A stretch of 64,000 nucleotides of DNA from Eledone cirrhosa (GCA_964016885.1 OZ024743.1:116746001-116810000); one strand, 5' to 3'. Shown: positions 40,317 to 55,078, numbered from the stretch's first letter. Program-made: numbers and translations. Notes: a model not told the origin generated them from the letters alone.

Positions 40317-40378
<62 letters not shown>

Positions 40379-40388
40379 ACAGACGTAC

Positions 40389-40423
<35 letters not shown>

Positions 40424-40801
40424 GATATGCAGATGCATATATATATACACACACACACATATATTTGTATATATATATATATATATGAATATCAAATTAA
40501 CGTAGATTTAACGGTTGCATGGTTAGATGTTCACACTGAAATATACGAATAATTTGGGCATGTGCGCTACTGAAGGCGAAATAATGAGGAACATCACTCG
40601 TGGGACAAAAGATCGCACCTTCCGTAAACCATGCAGATGGGATATTGTGCATTATTATTTTGAGGTAAATGTAGTACATCCGCATATTCTTACTTCGCCA
40701 GGATTGTATATGCTTGGTAGCTGTTAACTTGGTAGTTGTTAACTTTATCCTTAAAAGAATTCCCAACTCACTCAACGTTTCTCTCTTTCTCTCTCTCTCT
40801 G

Positions 40802-40834
<33 letters not shown>

Positions 40835-41199
40835 ATATATATATATATATATATTTTTTTTTTTAGAAATATGGATATATGGATATAATATATCATTACA
40901 TAAGCTGTTATCATGTTGTCACTGACAAGGTCTCAATCTATGCATGCAACGAAATTTTTGACACCAAAAAAATATTGTAAATAGAAAATGAATTTTGCAA
41001 CATGGTGTCTGTGTGGGTGTGTTTGCATATTATTTTTAGTAGCTAAAATTGCATATGAATTGTTTAAAATTTATTAAAAGTTTTAAATTATTTCAATAAT
41101 TAAACTTTATGAATTATGGAATCGATGGAAGTGTTTGAATTTTGAAAGTCTGAAAATGTACTAGACTCAAAAGAAGAAAATAACTAATAACATTTGCTC

Positions 41200-41580
41200 G
41201 TTGGCAGTATCAGTAGAGCGATAGACACCATGCTTTGCAGCATAGAATTATGACACCTTTACGTGCTGAGTTAAAATCCCGCCGAGGTTAACTTTGCATT
41301 TCATTCTTACGGGGTCAATAAAATGAAATACCAGTAATGCACTGGGTAATTGCTAGCCTTGTGCCAAAAGTAGAATCAATTATATATAGAAAAGTGGATT
41401 GGCACTCTCGGTAGAGGGTCCGACGCCAGTTGTTGCACCATAGAGTTACGACCCTTTATGATCTGAATTCAAATCCCACCGACGTTAACTTTGCCTTTCA
41501 TCCTTAAGGGATCGATAAAATAAAGTACCAGTAGTACTGGGGTAATTGCTGGCCTTGCGCCAAAAGTAGAAACAATTATA
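41200..41580 (+). mobile_element. Two head-to-tail SINE family A copies
   Basis: Copies at ~41200-41382 and ~41394-41578, each followed by tatatagaaaagtgg. Confidence 0.9.
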
Positions 41581-41929
41581 TATAGAAAAGTGGTAAATAA
41601 CATTTATTGACGAGGGAAAATTATTTTACAGAAATACAATTTGAAAATATGAGAGTTCCAAACACAGAAGTTTGGTGAGAACGGAAGAGACAATAATATG
41701 GATCACAGTGTCTGATTGATACTTATTTTATTGACTCACGGAAAGCTGGGATGCGACGGCGACTTTGGCAAAATTTGAAATCAGAATGCAAAAAGTTGTG
41801 ATAAATATTGAAGGCCTTTAATATAATATTCTAAATATGAAGACCGGCGGGGATAGGATCATTCGTAATAATTTTCAGGTGATATGGTACTAGTTAATTC
41901 GTCATAAAGTAATCTCATTCATACACTTG

Positions 41930-42500
41930 ATAGGATTGTTGTCAAGTGCTGGACGGCAGTAATAAAAATCAGTACTGCGAAGACTGAGATACTTGTCCTC
42001 TCAAGGAAGCTGTACAATGTACGCTATATGTGTATGGAGATCTAGTAAAACAGGTAGAGGTCAATTATCTCATAACCATTTTCATGAGTAGTCGAGTGCA
42101 GGAGACTGAATTAAACACAAGAATCGTGGGAGCTCGTGCCATAACACGCTCGCTTCAACACTCGGCTATCAGAAGAAAGGAGTAGGGGGAAAAGGCCAAA
42201 CTCCCGATCTTCAATTCTGTGTTCCTGCCTACTGTTACGTATGGTTATAAAGAATACGATTGCTCTATGTGCGAACGAAAAAGGTTTATGGGAAGAGTTT
42301 TCGGAGTGAAGGTAAACGATAGGGTGCAAAGCTAGGTGATCAAATATTCGTTCCTTCTTATCGAGATATCACAGATATGTGGTGAATAGAAAGTCTAAGG
42401 AAAAGATCTCTGAACATATTTTACGAACAATGTTACTCTGCAGGAGATCAAGAGGTAGATAAGGAGCAAGGTGTTTGAATAGCATCCATAAACTTGAAGA
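41930..42500 (+). mobile_element. Degenerate RTE-clade LINE 3' RT fragment
   Basis: aaaatcagtactgcgaagactgagatacttgtcctctcaaggaagc encodes KISTAKTEILVLSRK, homologous to the 49684-49971 ORF. Confidence 0.7.
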
Positions 42501-42649
42501 AGAAACATCTCATGAAAATATATATATCAAGGAGCTACTTTGAAAGTAAAATAAGCAAGTGCTTCGTTACTCTGAACATATTCACATAGTGATTATCCAA
42601 TAAAATATACAAACTAATACTATAAATATTCTATGCAGTTAAAAGGTAA

Positions 42650-42980
42650 AGAGACCACCTTCGGTTACAAATAACGGCGGGATTTGCACCTAGGAAGTTC
42701 TCCTCCGACAAACAAGCCCGGAGAGGATGTTTTCTAGAAGACCAGCTGTCATTCATGTATACCAGTTTCTGACGTGGTGCAAGGGAGAGGCGAATGCCGA
42801 TGCAGCTTGGTACCCCTGATTTTGCAATTCATTTCCCCAGCTGAGTGAACTGAACAACGTGAAAGCGAAGGACTTGCACAAGGACACATTACATTACTGG
42901 TTACATTACTCGTTCTGGAAATCGAACGCGCAACCTTACGATTGTCAATACAACTCTCAAATCATTATGTCATTCGCCTT
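42650..42980 (-). mobile_element. tRNA-derived SINE family C
   Basis: cagctgagtgaactgaacaacgtgaaa...cttgcacaaggacaca...ggaaatcgaac; similar to 56280-56530. Confidence 0.65.
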
Positions 42981-43263
42981 CAATCATGTCTCTATTCTAT
43001 AAGAGATGGTATGTTAAGTTAGTAAAAGTTTCGCTGGAATTGAATGATTATCTCCTCAAAACTTTCAACCGTATAAAATCATTTTCTTATTAATATTTCA
43101 ATCTATTTTTTAGCTAATAGCTTGTAAAATTGCTTTTGGTATTGTTTAGGCTACCTTCATGAATGGTACTCGTATTCTATATCCTTATCTTTTAATTACA
43201 TCTGCTTCTCTTTTGTACTGTTCTTTTGCTTACATTAACGATTTCTATTGTTGCCAGGCGAAT

Positions 43264-43362
<99 letters not shown>

Positions 43363-43416
43363 GTGAGGTTTTTTTGCAATATGAAAAAAAAACGAGGCGC
43401 CCTACACGAGTGAAAG

Positions 43417-43631
43417 TATAAGGAAAAAAGATGAAATCGAAAATGCAACTGGAGTCTTTTTTTTTTTTAAATATATTTATTTGGTTCCTTTACCGCTTTC
43501 GCAGTTCTTGTGCTTTTCAAAAGTAGAATTGAGATGGAGGGTTGTGGTTTTTCTCACATCCGGTAAAGGAACCAAATAAATATATTTCTTTTTAAAAAGA
43601 CTCCAGTTACATTTTTGATTTCTTTTGTTTT

Positions 43632-43637
<6 letters not shown>
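43417..43637. mobile_element. Fold-back element between (TA)n tracts with an HHR variant in its loop
   Basis: Arms 43417-43495 and 43561-43637 (actggagtcttttt...tatttatttggttcctttaccg / cggtaaaggaaccaaataaata...aaaaagactccagt). Confidence 0.85.
43488..43523 (-). ncRNA. Hammerhead-like motif with a U3-A8 core
   Basis: Minus strand CTT-TTGAAAA-GCA caagaac TGC-GAAA-GCGG-TA-AAG; the other arm has CCGG-TA. Confidence 0.55.
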
Positions 43638-43694
<57 letters not shown>

Positions 43695-43704
43695 AATTTT
43701 TTTT

Positions 43705-44425
43705 GTAAATCTAACGGCATACTGTATGCTTACGAATAAAGATTTAGAAAGCCGTTTAGCTATGATTATTGAAATGCTGGTGGCTAGCATGGTATAGTGG
43801 ATTTCAGAAGCAGCAAGGAGTAATTCCCAACATGTTTCTGGCTTGGCCACCATCAGGACAGTGTTTTCCCACTCTGCTCACTGCTGGAATTTGAAACAAG
43901 CTAATATGTATAGTTTTCTCACATGGGAAGATGAGCTTCATTTGCATATGAAGCTCAGATGGCACTAGCAGCCAGCTTTCTATATTCACAGCTAAAGGGC
44001 TTTCCAAATCTTTATCCGTAAACATACAGTATATCCTTAAATATATACCATTCACGTATTCAGATATATACAGCAATATGAAAGCGAAAACCGTAATTCT
44101 ACTTTCTGACTGAGCCAGCTTAACAGCTCCATATGCAAATGAGGCTGATCAGCTCATGTACATAACCAAAATCCTATATATTTTCAAATTCCATCAGAGA
44201 GCACGGTGTGAGTTAGACTGTGTTGATTACGGAATAATCCAGAAACGCGTTGGCATTTATACTCCGCTGCTTTTGCTGGTACCTGCTAAACGGTCGTAGG
44301 CGTTAGCGTTTCACTATTCACAGATAAAGGGATTTCCAAATTTTTGTTCATAAACATACCGTATATCACCAGATATAAAACATGCACATACTTATATGTA
44401 TACAGCTATGTCAGAGCGAACATTT
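43705..44425. mobile_element. Family O: inverted partial copy (43705-43955) plus partial tandem (43960-44425)
   Basis: catttgcatatgaagct and atatgcaaatgaggctgatcagc; HHR relics CTGATGG-TGGC caa GCCA-GAAA-CATG-TT (minus, ~43828-43857) and TTGATTA-CGGA ataa TCCA-GAAA-CGCG-TT (~44223-44252). Confidence 0.7.
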
Positions 44426-44429
44426 TAAA

Positions 44430-44551
<122 letters not shown>

Positions 44552-44628
44552 GGTGTGTGTGTGTATAAATGTATATATATATATAAACACATATGTATAT
44601 ATATATATACTTATATATATATATACAT

Positions 44629-44660
<32 letters not shown>

Positions 44661-44741
44661 CACGATAAATTAACGGACCCATAGATTCTCGTTATTCCCT
44701 GTAAAGTATGTGCTCAAAGGAAAAGGAATCCTGAGCTCTTT

Positions 44742-44768
44742 AAAATACAATATGTTGAAAGGGTAACA

Positions 44769-44827
<59 letters not shown>

Positions 44828-45161
44828 ATGTGCCATCAATAAAACAGGGAAAACCACCAGTGTATGGAATCTATAACCTATGGAAGGCATGGTAGACACA
44901 CAATAATTAAAAATATAAATTAAAATTCATATACGCACCTCTATAACTATATAACCTATATAACACACGCGTGCAAATCCAAATCCAAAGAGATTTCCTG
45001 GCGAAACAGATCTCTTTGGATTTGTACGCGTGTGTTATATAATTATAGAGGTGCGTATATGCATTTTAATTTATGTTTTTAATTATTGTGTGTCTACCAT
45101 GACTTCCATGGGTTATAGATTACACTGGTGGTTTTCCCTGTTTTATTGATGGCACACGATC

Positions 45162-45229
<68 letters not shown>

Positions 45230-45253
45230 GTGTGTTACCCTTTCAACATATTG

Positions 45254-45258
<5 letters not shown>
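44742..45258. repeat. Fold-back element with ~250-bp arms containing (GA)n/(TC)n
   Basis: aaatacaatatgttgaaagggtaacac / gtgttaccctttcaacatattgtattt; centre aaagagatt...gatctcttt. Confidence 0.92.
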
Positions 45259-45325
<67 letters not shown>

Positions 45326-45409
45326 GAAATATATTTATATATATACATAGAGAAATAGAGTGCATTTTATATATCCAATGTAGTATCTGCATTTTATATA
45401 TCCAATGAT

Positions 45410-45700
45410 ATTCGTTATATTTACGAATAAACATTTGAAATCCTTTAACTATGAACTTCGGAAATTAATGGTATAGTCCCATATACCGAATTCCAGCCGA
45501 AGCACAAGGGGAAACTACCGGTTATCTTTTCTGAATGTTAGTCGTTTTCAAAGCAGTGCTCCCCTAATCTCGCGATCTGATGGAATCCAATATAGGCGAA
45601 AGCATATAGTTTTAACTCCCATGTTTGTGGGCCGATTAGCCTCATTTGCATACGGAGCTGTCGACCAGCATGGCCTGAGCAAGAAATAGAATTAAGGGTA
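45410..45700 (-). mobile_element. Family O, diverged copy
   Basis: gggccgattagcctcatttgcatacggagctg is the reverse complement of the 7180-7210 motif. Confidence 0.6.
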
Positions 45701-45745
45701 ATCAACTCATGTACATAGGAGTTAAAATTGTATAAATATATATAT

Positions 45746-45784
<39 letters not shown>

Positions 45785-46074
45785 CAAATAACGAAACGAA
45801 ATTAAATTTCGTTTCGTTTGTAACTCACTTTTGTATGACTGATGCTTAAACAATTAAGTTAAAGATGTACATCCATATATGTATACTGAAATACTAGTAT
45901 GTATATGAATACACACACGTATACATATGTAGATGTACCAAGTTTTTTTCACTGGTCACTTTACTGTGAGTGGCCAGCTATTCTGTATGTAAACACACAG
46001 ACAAACCGGTTTTTAGAGTCATACTGGTTTTTGAGGAAACACCTTTCCTCTATTCCCCAGAAAGCCAGACAAGG

Positions 46075-46119
46075 AATATTGAACTAGTTTCGTTGTTGTT
46101 ACAACTCATCAGCAATATT
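46075..46119 (-). ncRNA. Intact minimal type I hammerhead ribozyme
   Basis: AATATTG-CTGATGA-GTTGT aaca ACAAC-GAAA-CTAG-TT-CAATATT. Confidence 0.9.
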
Positions 46120-46542
46120 TACCTATCTTCCGGCCTCTCTAGAGAATCGTAAAAGCACATATCGTCATATGCTTTTTCTATGAAAATTAGTAGTGGGCAG
46201 ACTAATTTGCATAGAGTGTGAGTAAGTACCGGTTCAACGGAGACGATAAAAACAAATAACGAAACGAAATTAAATTTCGTTTCGTTTGTAACTCACTTTT
46301 GTATGACTGACGCTTAAACAATTAAGTTAAAGATGTACATCCATATATGTATACTGAAATACTAGTATGTATATGAATACACACACGTATACATATGTAG
46401 ATGTACCAAGTTTTTTTCACTGGTCACTTTTCTGTGAGTGGCCAGCTATTCTGTATGTAAACACACAGACAAACCGGTTTTTAGAGTCATACTGGTTTTT
46501 GAGGAAACACCTTTCCTCTATTCTCCAGAAAGCCAGACAAGG

Positions 46543-46586
46543 AATATTGAACTAGTTTCGTTGTTGTTACAACTCATCAGCAATAT
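46543..46586 (-). ncRNA. Intact minimal type I hammerhead ribozyme at the inversion junction
   Basis: Same sequence as 46075-46119, with stem I one base shorter. Confidence 0.9.
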
Positions 46587-46991
46587 GACTCTAAAAACCG
46601 GTATGTCTCTAAAAACCAGTATGACTCTAAAAACCGGTTTGTCTGTGTGTTTACATACAGAATAGCTGGCCACTCACAGTAAAGTGACCAGTGAAAAAAA
46701 CTTGGTACATCTACATATGTATACGTGTGTGTATTCATATACATACTAGTATTTCAGTATACATATATGGATGTACATCTTTAACTTAATTGTTTAAGCG
46801 TCAGTCATACAAAAGTGAGTTACAAACGAAACGAAATTTAATTTCGTTTCGTTATTTGTTTTTATCGTCTCCGTTGAACCGGTACTTACTCACACTCTAT
46901 GCAAATTAGTCTGCCCACTACTAATTTTCATAGAAAAAGCATATAACGATATGTGCTTTTACGATTCTCTAGAGAGGCCGGAAGATAGGTA

Positions 46992-47036
46992 AATATTGCT
47001 GATGAGTTGTAACAACAACGAAACTAGTTCAATATT
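46992..47036 (+). ncRNA. Intact minimal type I hammerhead ribozyme
   Basis: aatattg ctgatga gttgt aaca acaac gaaa ctag tt caatatt. Confidence 0.9.
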
Positions 47037-47259
47037 CCTTGTCTGGCTTTCTGGAGAATAGAGGAAAGGTGTTTCCTCAAAAACCAGTATGACTCTAAAA
47101 ACCGGTTTGTCTGTGTGTTTACATACAGAATAGCTGGCCACTCACAGTAAAGTGACCAGTGAAAAAAACTTGGTACATCTACATATGTATACGTGTGTGT
47201 ATTCATATACATACTAGTATTTCAGCATACATATATGGATGTACATCTTTAACTTAATT

Positions 47260-47321
<62 letters not shown>

Positions 47322-47434
47322 TATTAGGATTGGTGCTCTGAAATAGCGGTTTATACATGAATGCAATTAGCGCTAGGTCTTCAAAATGTTTTTAATTAAA
47401 CATACGGTATATTGTCAAATATGCTATACATACA

Positions 47435-48376
<942 letters not shown>

Positions 48377-48382
48377 TATATT

Positions 48383-48541
<159 letters not shown>

Positions 48542-49299
48542 TTACAAATATAGATTAAATGAGTTGATACAACTGTATTAGGCAGTCAGATATTTGAAGC
48601 TCTAATGAGATTTTATCCACAAACGACAGTTCTGAGTTAAATCTAATTTGTAAATTTCCAGTCATAGTAATATTTCAAAATCACATAGCATATAATCACT
48701 GAATAGATATATATAGAAATTACCTTCCGTTGTCTTATAAATCTATCCCGTGTCATAAGAGGTTTACCTAAAATACCTAATTAATAGTATTAATTCTTTT
48801 ATCAGACAAGTAAGGTGGAAAGTCTTCTTTCATGAAAATAAAAAAATGATTAGAACGAAAAAAATAACAACAGTAATCCTCTATAAAAATGTGGATTAAC
48901 CACATAACAACAACCCACCTCATAATGTTTTACAAAATAACATTGAAAATGATTTGTTTAATATGATAAAAATATCAAATTTAAAAAGCCTTCCAATAAT
49001 TATAGCTTAAAACTACTATACATTATTTTAAAAATCAAAAGAAAATACATGTACTAGCTGACAAATTTAAATATATTTACACTATGGATTTTAATGTATA
49101 TAACTTCTTCATCTACAAATAACTAAATAAAAACTACAAAAAACTAATAAAGTTAACGGAAATCAATAGGCAGGGTGAAAACACTGTGTAACAACAAAAT
49201 TTGAAGGAAAAAAACCCACCGAAACGTATATATATAAAAACCGTAGCTTTAATTTTAAAATACATAAAAAAGACTTCTACTTCGTCCACATATTCCTGA

Positions 49300-50070
49300 G
49301 GGAGGGGGGGGGGGGGTCATGTGGGCAGACTTCCCAAACACTCCCTCAAGCGGGTTCTGTCAGAAGCAACATTCTACAACTGATCCGGCTGGATTCCCAA
49401 GCGAGACCAGCCTTGCTCGGGCTCTACACCTGGCTCTCTTTTGCCGGCTGGTTTTGCCCGTAAAATCTATCCAGTGTTACTTTCCTGAGAAATTATAACC
49501 AGATGCCCATAGTATCGGAGGTGTGATCTCTCAATTCAGTGAAGTAGCGTCTATACCTGGAGAGACTCTCTGATCACCGAGTTACGCATTTTATCGAGTA
49601 ACATTATTCCAAACGCCCTTTGGAGGAATCCCATTTCGTCCGCTCGTATTTGCAATCGTATTCTTTCGGTCACTACCATAGATTCATAACTGTAGGGTTG
49701 GCACGAATATCGAATTGAAGAGAGCGAGTTTCGCTTTTTCACCTACCTCCCTTCTTCTGTTTTTTGAATGCTGAAGGTAGGGCATTACTGCCCCAGCTTT
49801 TGCAATTCTTGCACTTAAATCCGCCTCCTGCCTTCCATCACTTGTGTACATGACCCCAACATACTTGAAATTCTCTACCTGCTTCAGTGGAACTCCATTC
49901 ACATGTAGAGTGCACTGCACATGCTTCCTTGAGAGGACTAGTGTTTCAGATTTCGCAACACTGGTTTTCATTCAAGACGTGCTCGGCATCAAATCTATCA
50001 AGTGCAAGTCGGAGATCATCTTCTGTCGAGTTAAGAACCACCATGTCGTCTGCAAATTCCAGACGACATA
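49300..50070 (-). mobile_element. 5'-truncated RTE-clade LINE (RT C-terminus)
   Basis: FADDMVVL near 50035-50057; KSETLVLSRK, QVENFKYVG, KAKLALFNSIFVPTL, ADEMGFLQR, RNSVIRESL. Confidence 0.85.
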
Positions 50071-50700
50071 TCTATAATCCTTTTTACATATTTTGCATAT
50101 TATTCCAATATTAGACGATGTATATATATATGTACACATATGCTTCTATATGTGTATATATATACACGCATTTCAGTATAAACTAATAGACATATCTATA
50201 TGTGTGTGTTAATGTCGGTGCACATGTACCTATATGTATGCATTTGTACGTTAAATTATTTTTATCTAGTCTTCCATAATTTCTAACGCTTTTCCTAAAA
50301 CATATATAAGACTTGTTTTCGTTTTTCAACGTGACTGGAGGCACGATAACATATGATCGTTAAATGAATATGTTTTTTTATATTATCTTATGATTCATAC
50401 GATTTACGTAGAGAGGAATTAAATGCGACCTCCTTCTGTATTTAAATGAAATAATGTGTTAGTATATTGTACCTTGGACATCTATCTATTCATTTAGTCA
50501 TATATATATTTTATATGTAAATTAATTTGCTAATTTTAGGTTTCATCAATATACATAAAATATATATTGAAAATGTTTCTCAGTAAAAAGCTCAATCAAC
50601 TTCTGTTCAGAGCGTCTATGATATAATTGTAAACAAAATATACGTGGCTATATCAAGTGAGAAACAAACTAGTATTTTATACATAAATAGAGAGCAAATT

Positions 50701-50839
50701 ATATGCCGATTTAAATACAAATTTATAAACATACTCTTAGGTGTTAAAATAGTGGTGTAATTATATAAACTTTATATAAGTACAGCACTATTTTAACACA
50801 CACGAGTATGTTTTTAAGTTTGTATTCAAATCGACATAT
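50701..50839. repeat. Imperfect ~140-bp palindrome
   Basis: atatgccgatttaaatacaaa...gtgttaaaatagtg / cactattttaacac...tttgtattcaaatcgacatat. Confidence 0.8.
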
Positions 50840-50880
50840 TATATCACTTACATACATATACACACACACTCAGCCACACC

Positions 50881-50962
<82 letters not shown>

Positions 50963-51054
50963 ACGAAGGAAATGTGGTAAGAAACCAAATGGACCATAAC
51001 GCACCAAAGTACTCAATACTTAGGGTAGTAGAGTGGGTAATAGAAACGAGTAGG

Positions 51055-51150
51055 ACCCCGACGGCTGAGCTCAAGCCGTTTCGACGGCTAATTCTAGACT
51101 AGATGAAAATGTTTATCCTGGTACATGAATAGCCGAGCTTCTCAGGGTGT
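51055..51150 (-). ncRNA. Type I hammerhead-like motif in the PLE 3' terminal repeat (left arm)
   Basis: Counterpart of 56157-56252 with one stem I mismatch. Confidence 0.6.
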
Positions 51151-51840
51151 AATTCCATATATGGTAAAAGTGATTGTCACAAGGATTGGTCAAAAGTTTG
51201 TTGTTGAGACACATAATTATATCATGGCATTTTGTGGAAGGAAGGGGTAGCTGAACTTGCCAGTAGAAGAAAGAGGGAGAGGGAGTGGAGGAAACCCAGT
51301 CGTGCGTTGATAGTGCCAACTACAGCAGGATCCTAAGGATAAGAGGTCAAGAAAGTATACTAGGGAGGGGGAGGAGGAGGAAGTCGAAACAATATGGAGT
51401 AAATATATAGAAGAATAATAAGAATGTTAAAAATAAAAAAAAAACAATTTCTGATTAATTACCACAATCATCAAGTCTCACACTGGTACTGCTAAACTAT
51501 AGAAAAGTTTAATAGATGGGAAGGAATACTAAATATAAGATTGTAGTGAAAGAATTTTATGAGTTAGTAGTAATCGTCCGAATCTATCTTACATTGACAG
51601 GTCAATAAGTAGGGGGCCAAAATACTAAGGAAACTACTACGAAGTAATAATTCAGAGTCCCGAAACTAATACGAAATAATAATTCAGAATACCGCAAATG
51701 AATACTAATACGATATATAAGAGTGCCGCTACGATACATACATTCTAATACAAACTACATAAATGCACGTACGATATATATGAAAAATTTAATACGAAAA
51801 ATTAATTCAGAATCCCCCCATTCAAAAAAAAAAAAAAAAA

Positions 51841-51871
<31 letters not shown>

Positions 51872-52299
51872 ATAGTGTTATACGAGAAACTAAAGCAGAG
51901 ATACCACTAAGAAATGTAGAATGCACGGAAATGGGGCAGCAATCGGATAATAAAGCAAGTGTCTGTGGTCTATCACATCTGCTATAAAAAGCGGAGTCGG
52001 CCAATTCTATCATAGAATAGGGGATGGGGGTGGGGGCACTGAGGCTACAAAGGACCGAAGGGCTGCCTCGGGGTGGGCGAGAAGTGAAAAGGACGACGAC
52101 AAAGAAGGAGAACTGGGGTGGAAGGATTAGGGAGGGATGGGGGGAGAAGAAAATATAGAGGAAACGATTAAAAATATATAAGAAAATCTTACGTCATCCT
52201 TTGCAAGCATAGGTCACCCATTACAAATTCGGCAAGTGGAGTGTTACAGCCCTTGTCCCCCCCCCCCCCGGGTCATTATGGGGTTTGAGGGCGAGGTAA

Positions 52300-54235
52300 G
52301 TCCTACGCAATCTGTGGTTGCATGCAGTTACCAGTTCGTCTTTCTTGTTTAGGAGTTGGTCCGTCGAAAACAAAATTTGTCATGTTTCCTCCGAGCATAA
52401 ATTACACGGACGGCGTCATCCCGTATAAGAGATGGCACTGGACAGTAAGCTCCAAGTGAGATCATAGGTTATATTGTTATGTTTGAGGTCCCAGATGTGG
52501 CCCGAAAGTGTGGTGGCGTGACGCCGGGCCGGGTTTCGGAAAGTATGTCTGTGTTGGTATAGCCGGGTCTTGAAGTCACAAGCGGTTAATCCTGTATAAG
52601 CTTTGTTGGAGGTGTCCGTCCACACGTTGCACGGGTAGATCACATTACGATCTCTGCATCTGTTGTCGACGGGGCAAATGGATCCATCAGGACAGTGGCA
52701 CCTCCTGGTCGGCTTTCCACTGCTATTTAGGTTATTTCTTCCATAGGCTTTGAGTTTTTTGTTGTTAGAGGAGACGATGTTTTGTGCAAAGTTAGGTGTG
52801 GTGCTGTAGGAGAGTTTGATGGTATTTTTGATGATTATGTTGTGGTAGCGGTGTTGTAGTGGGAAGTGTTTTTCGATGAGCCTAAAGAAGATTTTCCCGA
52901 TAGGTGTTGTCACCTCGGCGTTGTGTGGGGGGGGGGGGGTTGAACCATGTTACGTTGCGTCAGTGGCGGTGTCGCCTGCTGGTTCCGCTAATGGAAGCCG
53001 GACAGTAGGATATTCCCTCCCGGAAGCCACCCCGCTTGAGGGCCAGGTTGTAATAAGGCGCATGTTCCTCAAATATCTGCTCATTAGCGGACAAACGAGA
53101 TATGCGGAGGGAGAATTTTTTAACCAGGTTATTGGTGATGTTTCTAGGATGGTTTGACCGGCGGTGGATGTAATGCAGGTTGTCGTTGGGTTTCCTATAT
53201 GGGTAGTACAGTCATTATCGACGTCAAGGGTAACGTCCAGGAAGTTTACTCGGGTTAGGGACGTTTGTAGGGTTATTTTAAATCCCCAGTCACGGAAGAA
53301 GTTGCTTAATTGTTTACGGACCCGGTCTGTACTATTGGGGTTGTACCCTTTAAGGGTAAGGAGCCCATCATCACGGTACAATCTACCGCCGAATGCAAGA
53401 AACATATCGGTGAGTTTAACTAGTAGGAATAATCCTATAAGATCTGTGACCTCAGCCGAATCCGTCGCGCCCATACTGACGTCGAAGGGGGAGTCGTGAG
53501 CTCTCTTTATCCATTTGGAATTGTCGAAAAGTAGGACTGTCTTCCTGGCGTGGAGGATAATATTTCTTTCCTGGTCGGTGATGGGCGCAAGTGTCTCAGA
53601 AAAATCCAAGGCGACCGTAAAGAGCGGTAAGGTAATTGAAGCATAGTAACTCTCTATGTCAAACTGATGAATTTTGTGTCTCGTTTGTCCTCCATATTGC
53701 TGAACCATGATATTACTTCCTGGGTGTTGACCCATAGGCTAAGTCTGGCGTTTTGCTTAACTTTTGGTATAACGCTGACTTCATTGGGTTTATAAGCATG
53801 ATAGATGGTTTACGGTCGAAATCGGATTTGTGGTCCTTAAGTGTGAATGAAATAGGGTGTCCGTGGGTCTAGGGGTTCCGTGCGGTCGGCGACCCCGAGG
53901 CTGGCGGTAATTTGTTGTCCATATCGATTTATGTCCTCGATGCTTGAGTTGTTAGCCTTTTTATAGGTGGAGTTTAGGCTGCTCCTGATCAGTGTGTGGT
54001 ATATGTCGGGGTTGACGAAATAGAGGTTACCAGTTTAATCCGAGTGCACCATGATGTCATTGGTGTTATCATACTCTGTTAAGTTGCTACAGAGTTTTTG
54101 TAGGTATCTGTTGTGTCTGGGTTTGAATTTAATGCTCTTGACCTGTTGGAAAAGGTCATTCTCGAATGGTGAGAGCATGGGTTCCGAGATGGAGATTTGT
54201 AGGTATTAAATCCGAATCTCTCCTTGCTACCGAAG
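52300..54235 (-). pseudogene. PLE reverse transcriptase plus GIY-YIG endonuclease, frameshifted
   Basis: QFDIESYYASI, FDVSMGATDSAEVTDLIG, LYRDDGL, VNFLDVTLD; CHC..CP..C, NVIY..KAYTGLT..FKTRLYQH, TTLSGHIWDLK. Confidence 0.92.
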
Positions 54236-54424
54236 GCCTGATTTGTCCGCTAATGAGCAGATATTCGAGGAACATGCGCCTTTTTACAACCAGGCCCTCA
54301 AGCGGAGTGGCTTCTGGGAGGAAATATCCTACTGTCCAGCTTCCATTAGCGGAACCAGCAGGCGACACCGCCGCTCACGCAACGTAACATTGTTCAATTC
54401 CCCCCCCCCCCCCACAACGCCGAG

Positions 54425-55078
54425 GTGACAACACCTATCGGGAAAATCTTCTTTATGCGCATCGATAAACACTTCCCACTACAACACCGCTACCACAACA
54501 TAATCATCAAAAATACCATCAAACTCTCCTACAGCACCACACCTAACTTTGCACAAAACATCGTCTCCTCTAACAACAAAAAACTCAACCCCTATGGAAG
54601 AAATAACCTAAATAGCAGTGGAGAGCCGACCAGGAGGTGCCACTGTCCTGGTGGATCCATTTGTCCCCGAGACAACAGATGCAGAGATCGTAATGTGATC
54701 TACCAGTGCAACGTAAGGACGGACACCTCCAACAAAGCTTATATAGAATTAACCGCTTGTGACTTCAAGACCCGGCTATACCAACACAGACATACTTTCC
54801 GAAACCCGGCCCGGCGTCGCGCCACCACACTTTCGGGCCATATCTGCGACCTCACATATAACAATATAACCTATGATCTCACTTGGAGCTTACTGTCCAG
54901 AGCCAACTCTTCCACGGGAGGACGCCGTCCGTGTAATTTATGCTCGGAGGAAACATTACAAATGCTGTTTTCGACGGACCAACTCCTAAACAAGAAAGAC
55001 GAACTGATAACTGCATGCAAACAGAGATTGCGTAGGACTTACCTCGCCCACAAACCCCATAATGACCCGGGGAGGTAG
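54425..55078 (+). pseudogene. PLE GIY-YIG endonuclease domain (right arm)
   Basis: IKLSYS, CHC..CP..C, VIYQC..AYIELT, CNLCSEE, LLNKKDELITAC. Confidence 0.9.

Larger units (their letters stand above)
45780..47263. mobile_element. Retrozyme-like element: 468-bp unit, ~1.7 copies on minus and ~1.4 copies on plus, head to head, between (TA)n tracts
   Basis: Exact 468-bp period (45780/46248, 46075/46543, 46611/47079); three intact HHRs; no convincing ORF. Confidence 0.88.

Noticed and set aside
45899-47212. Repeated 60-75 aa ORFs
   Set aside because: Incidental frames of the 468-bp unit, antisense to the ribozyme, with no recognisable motif
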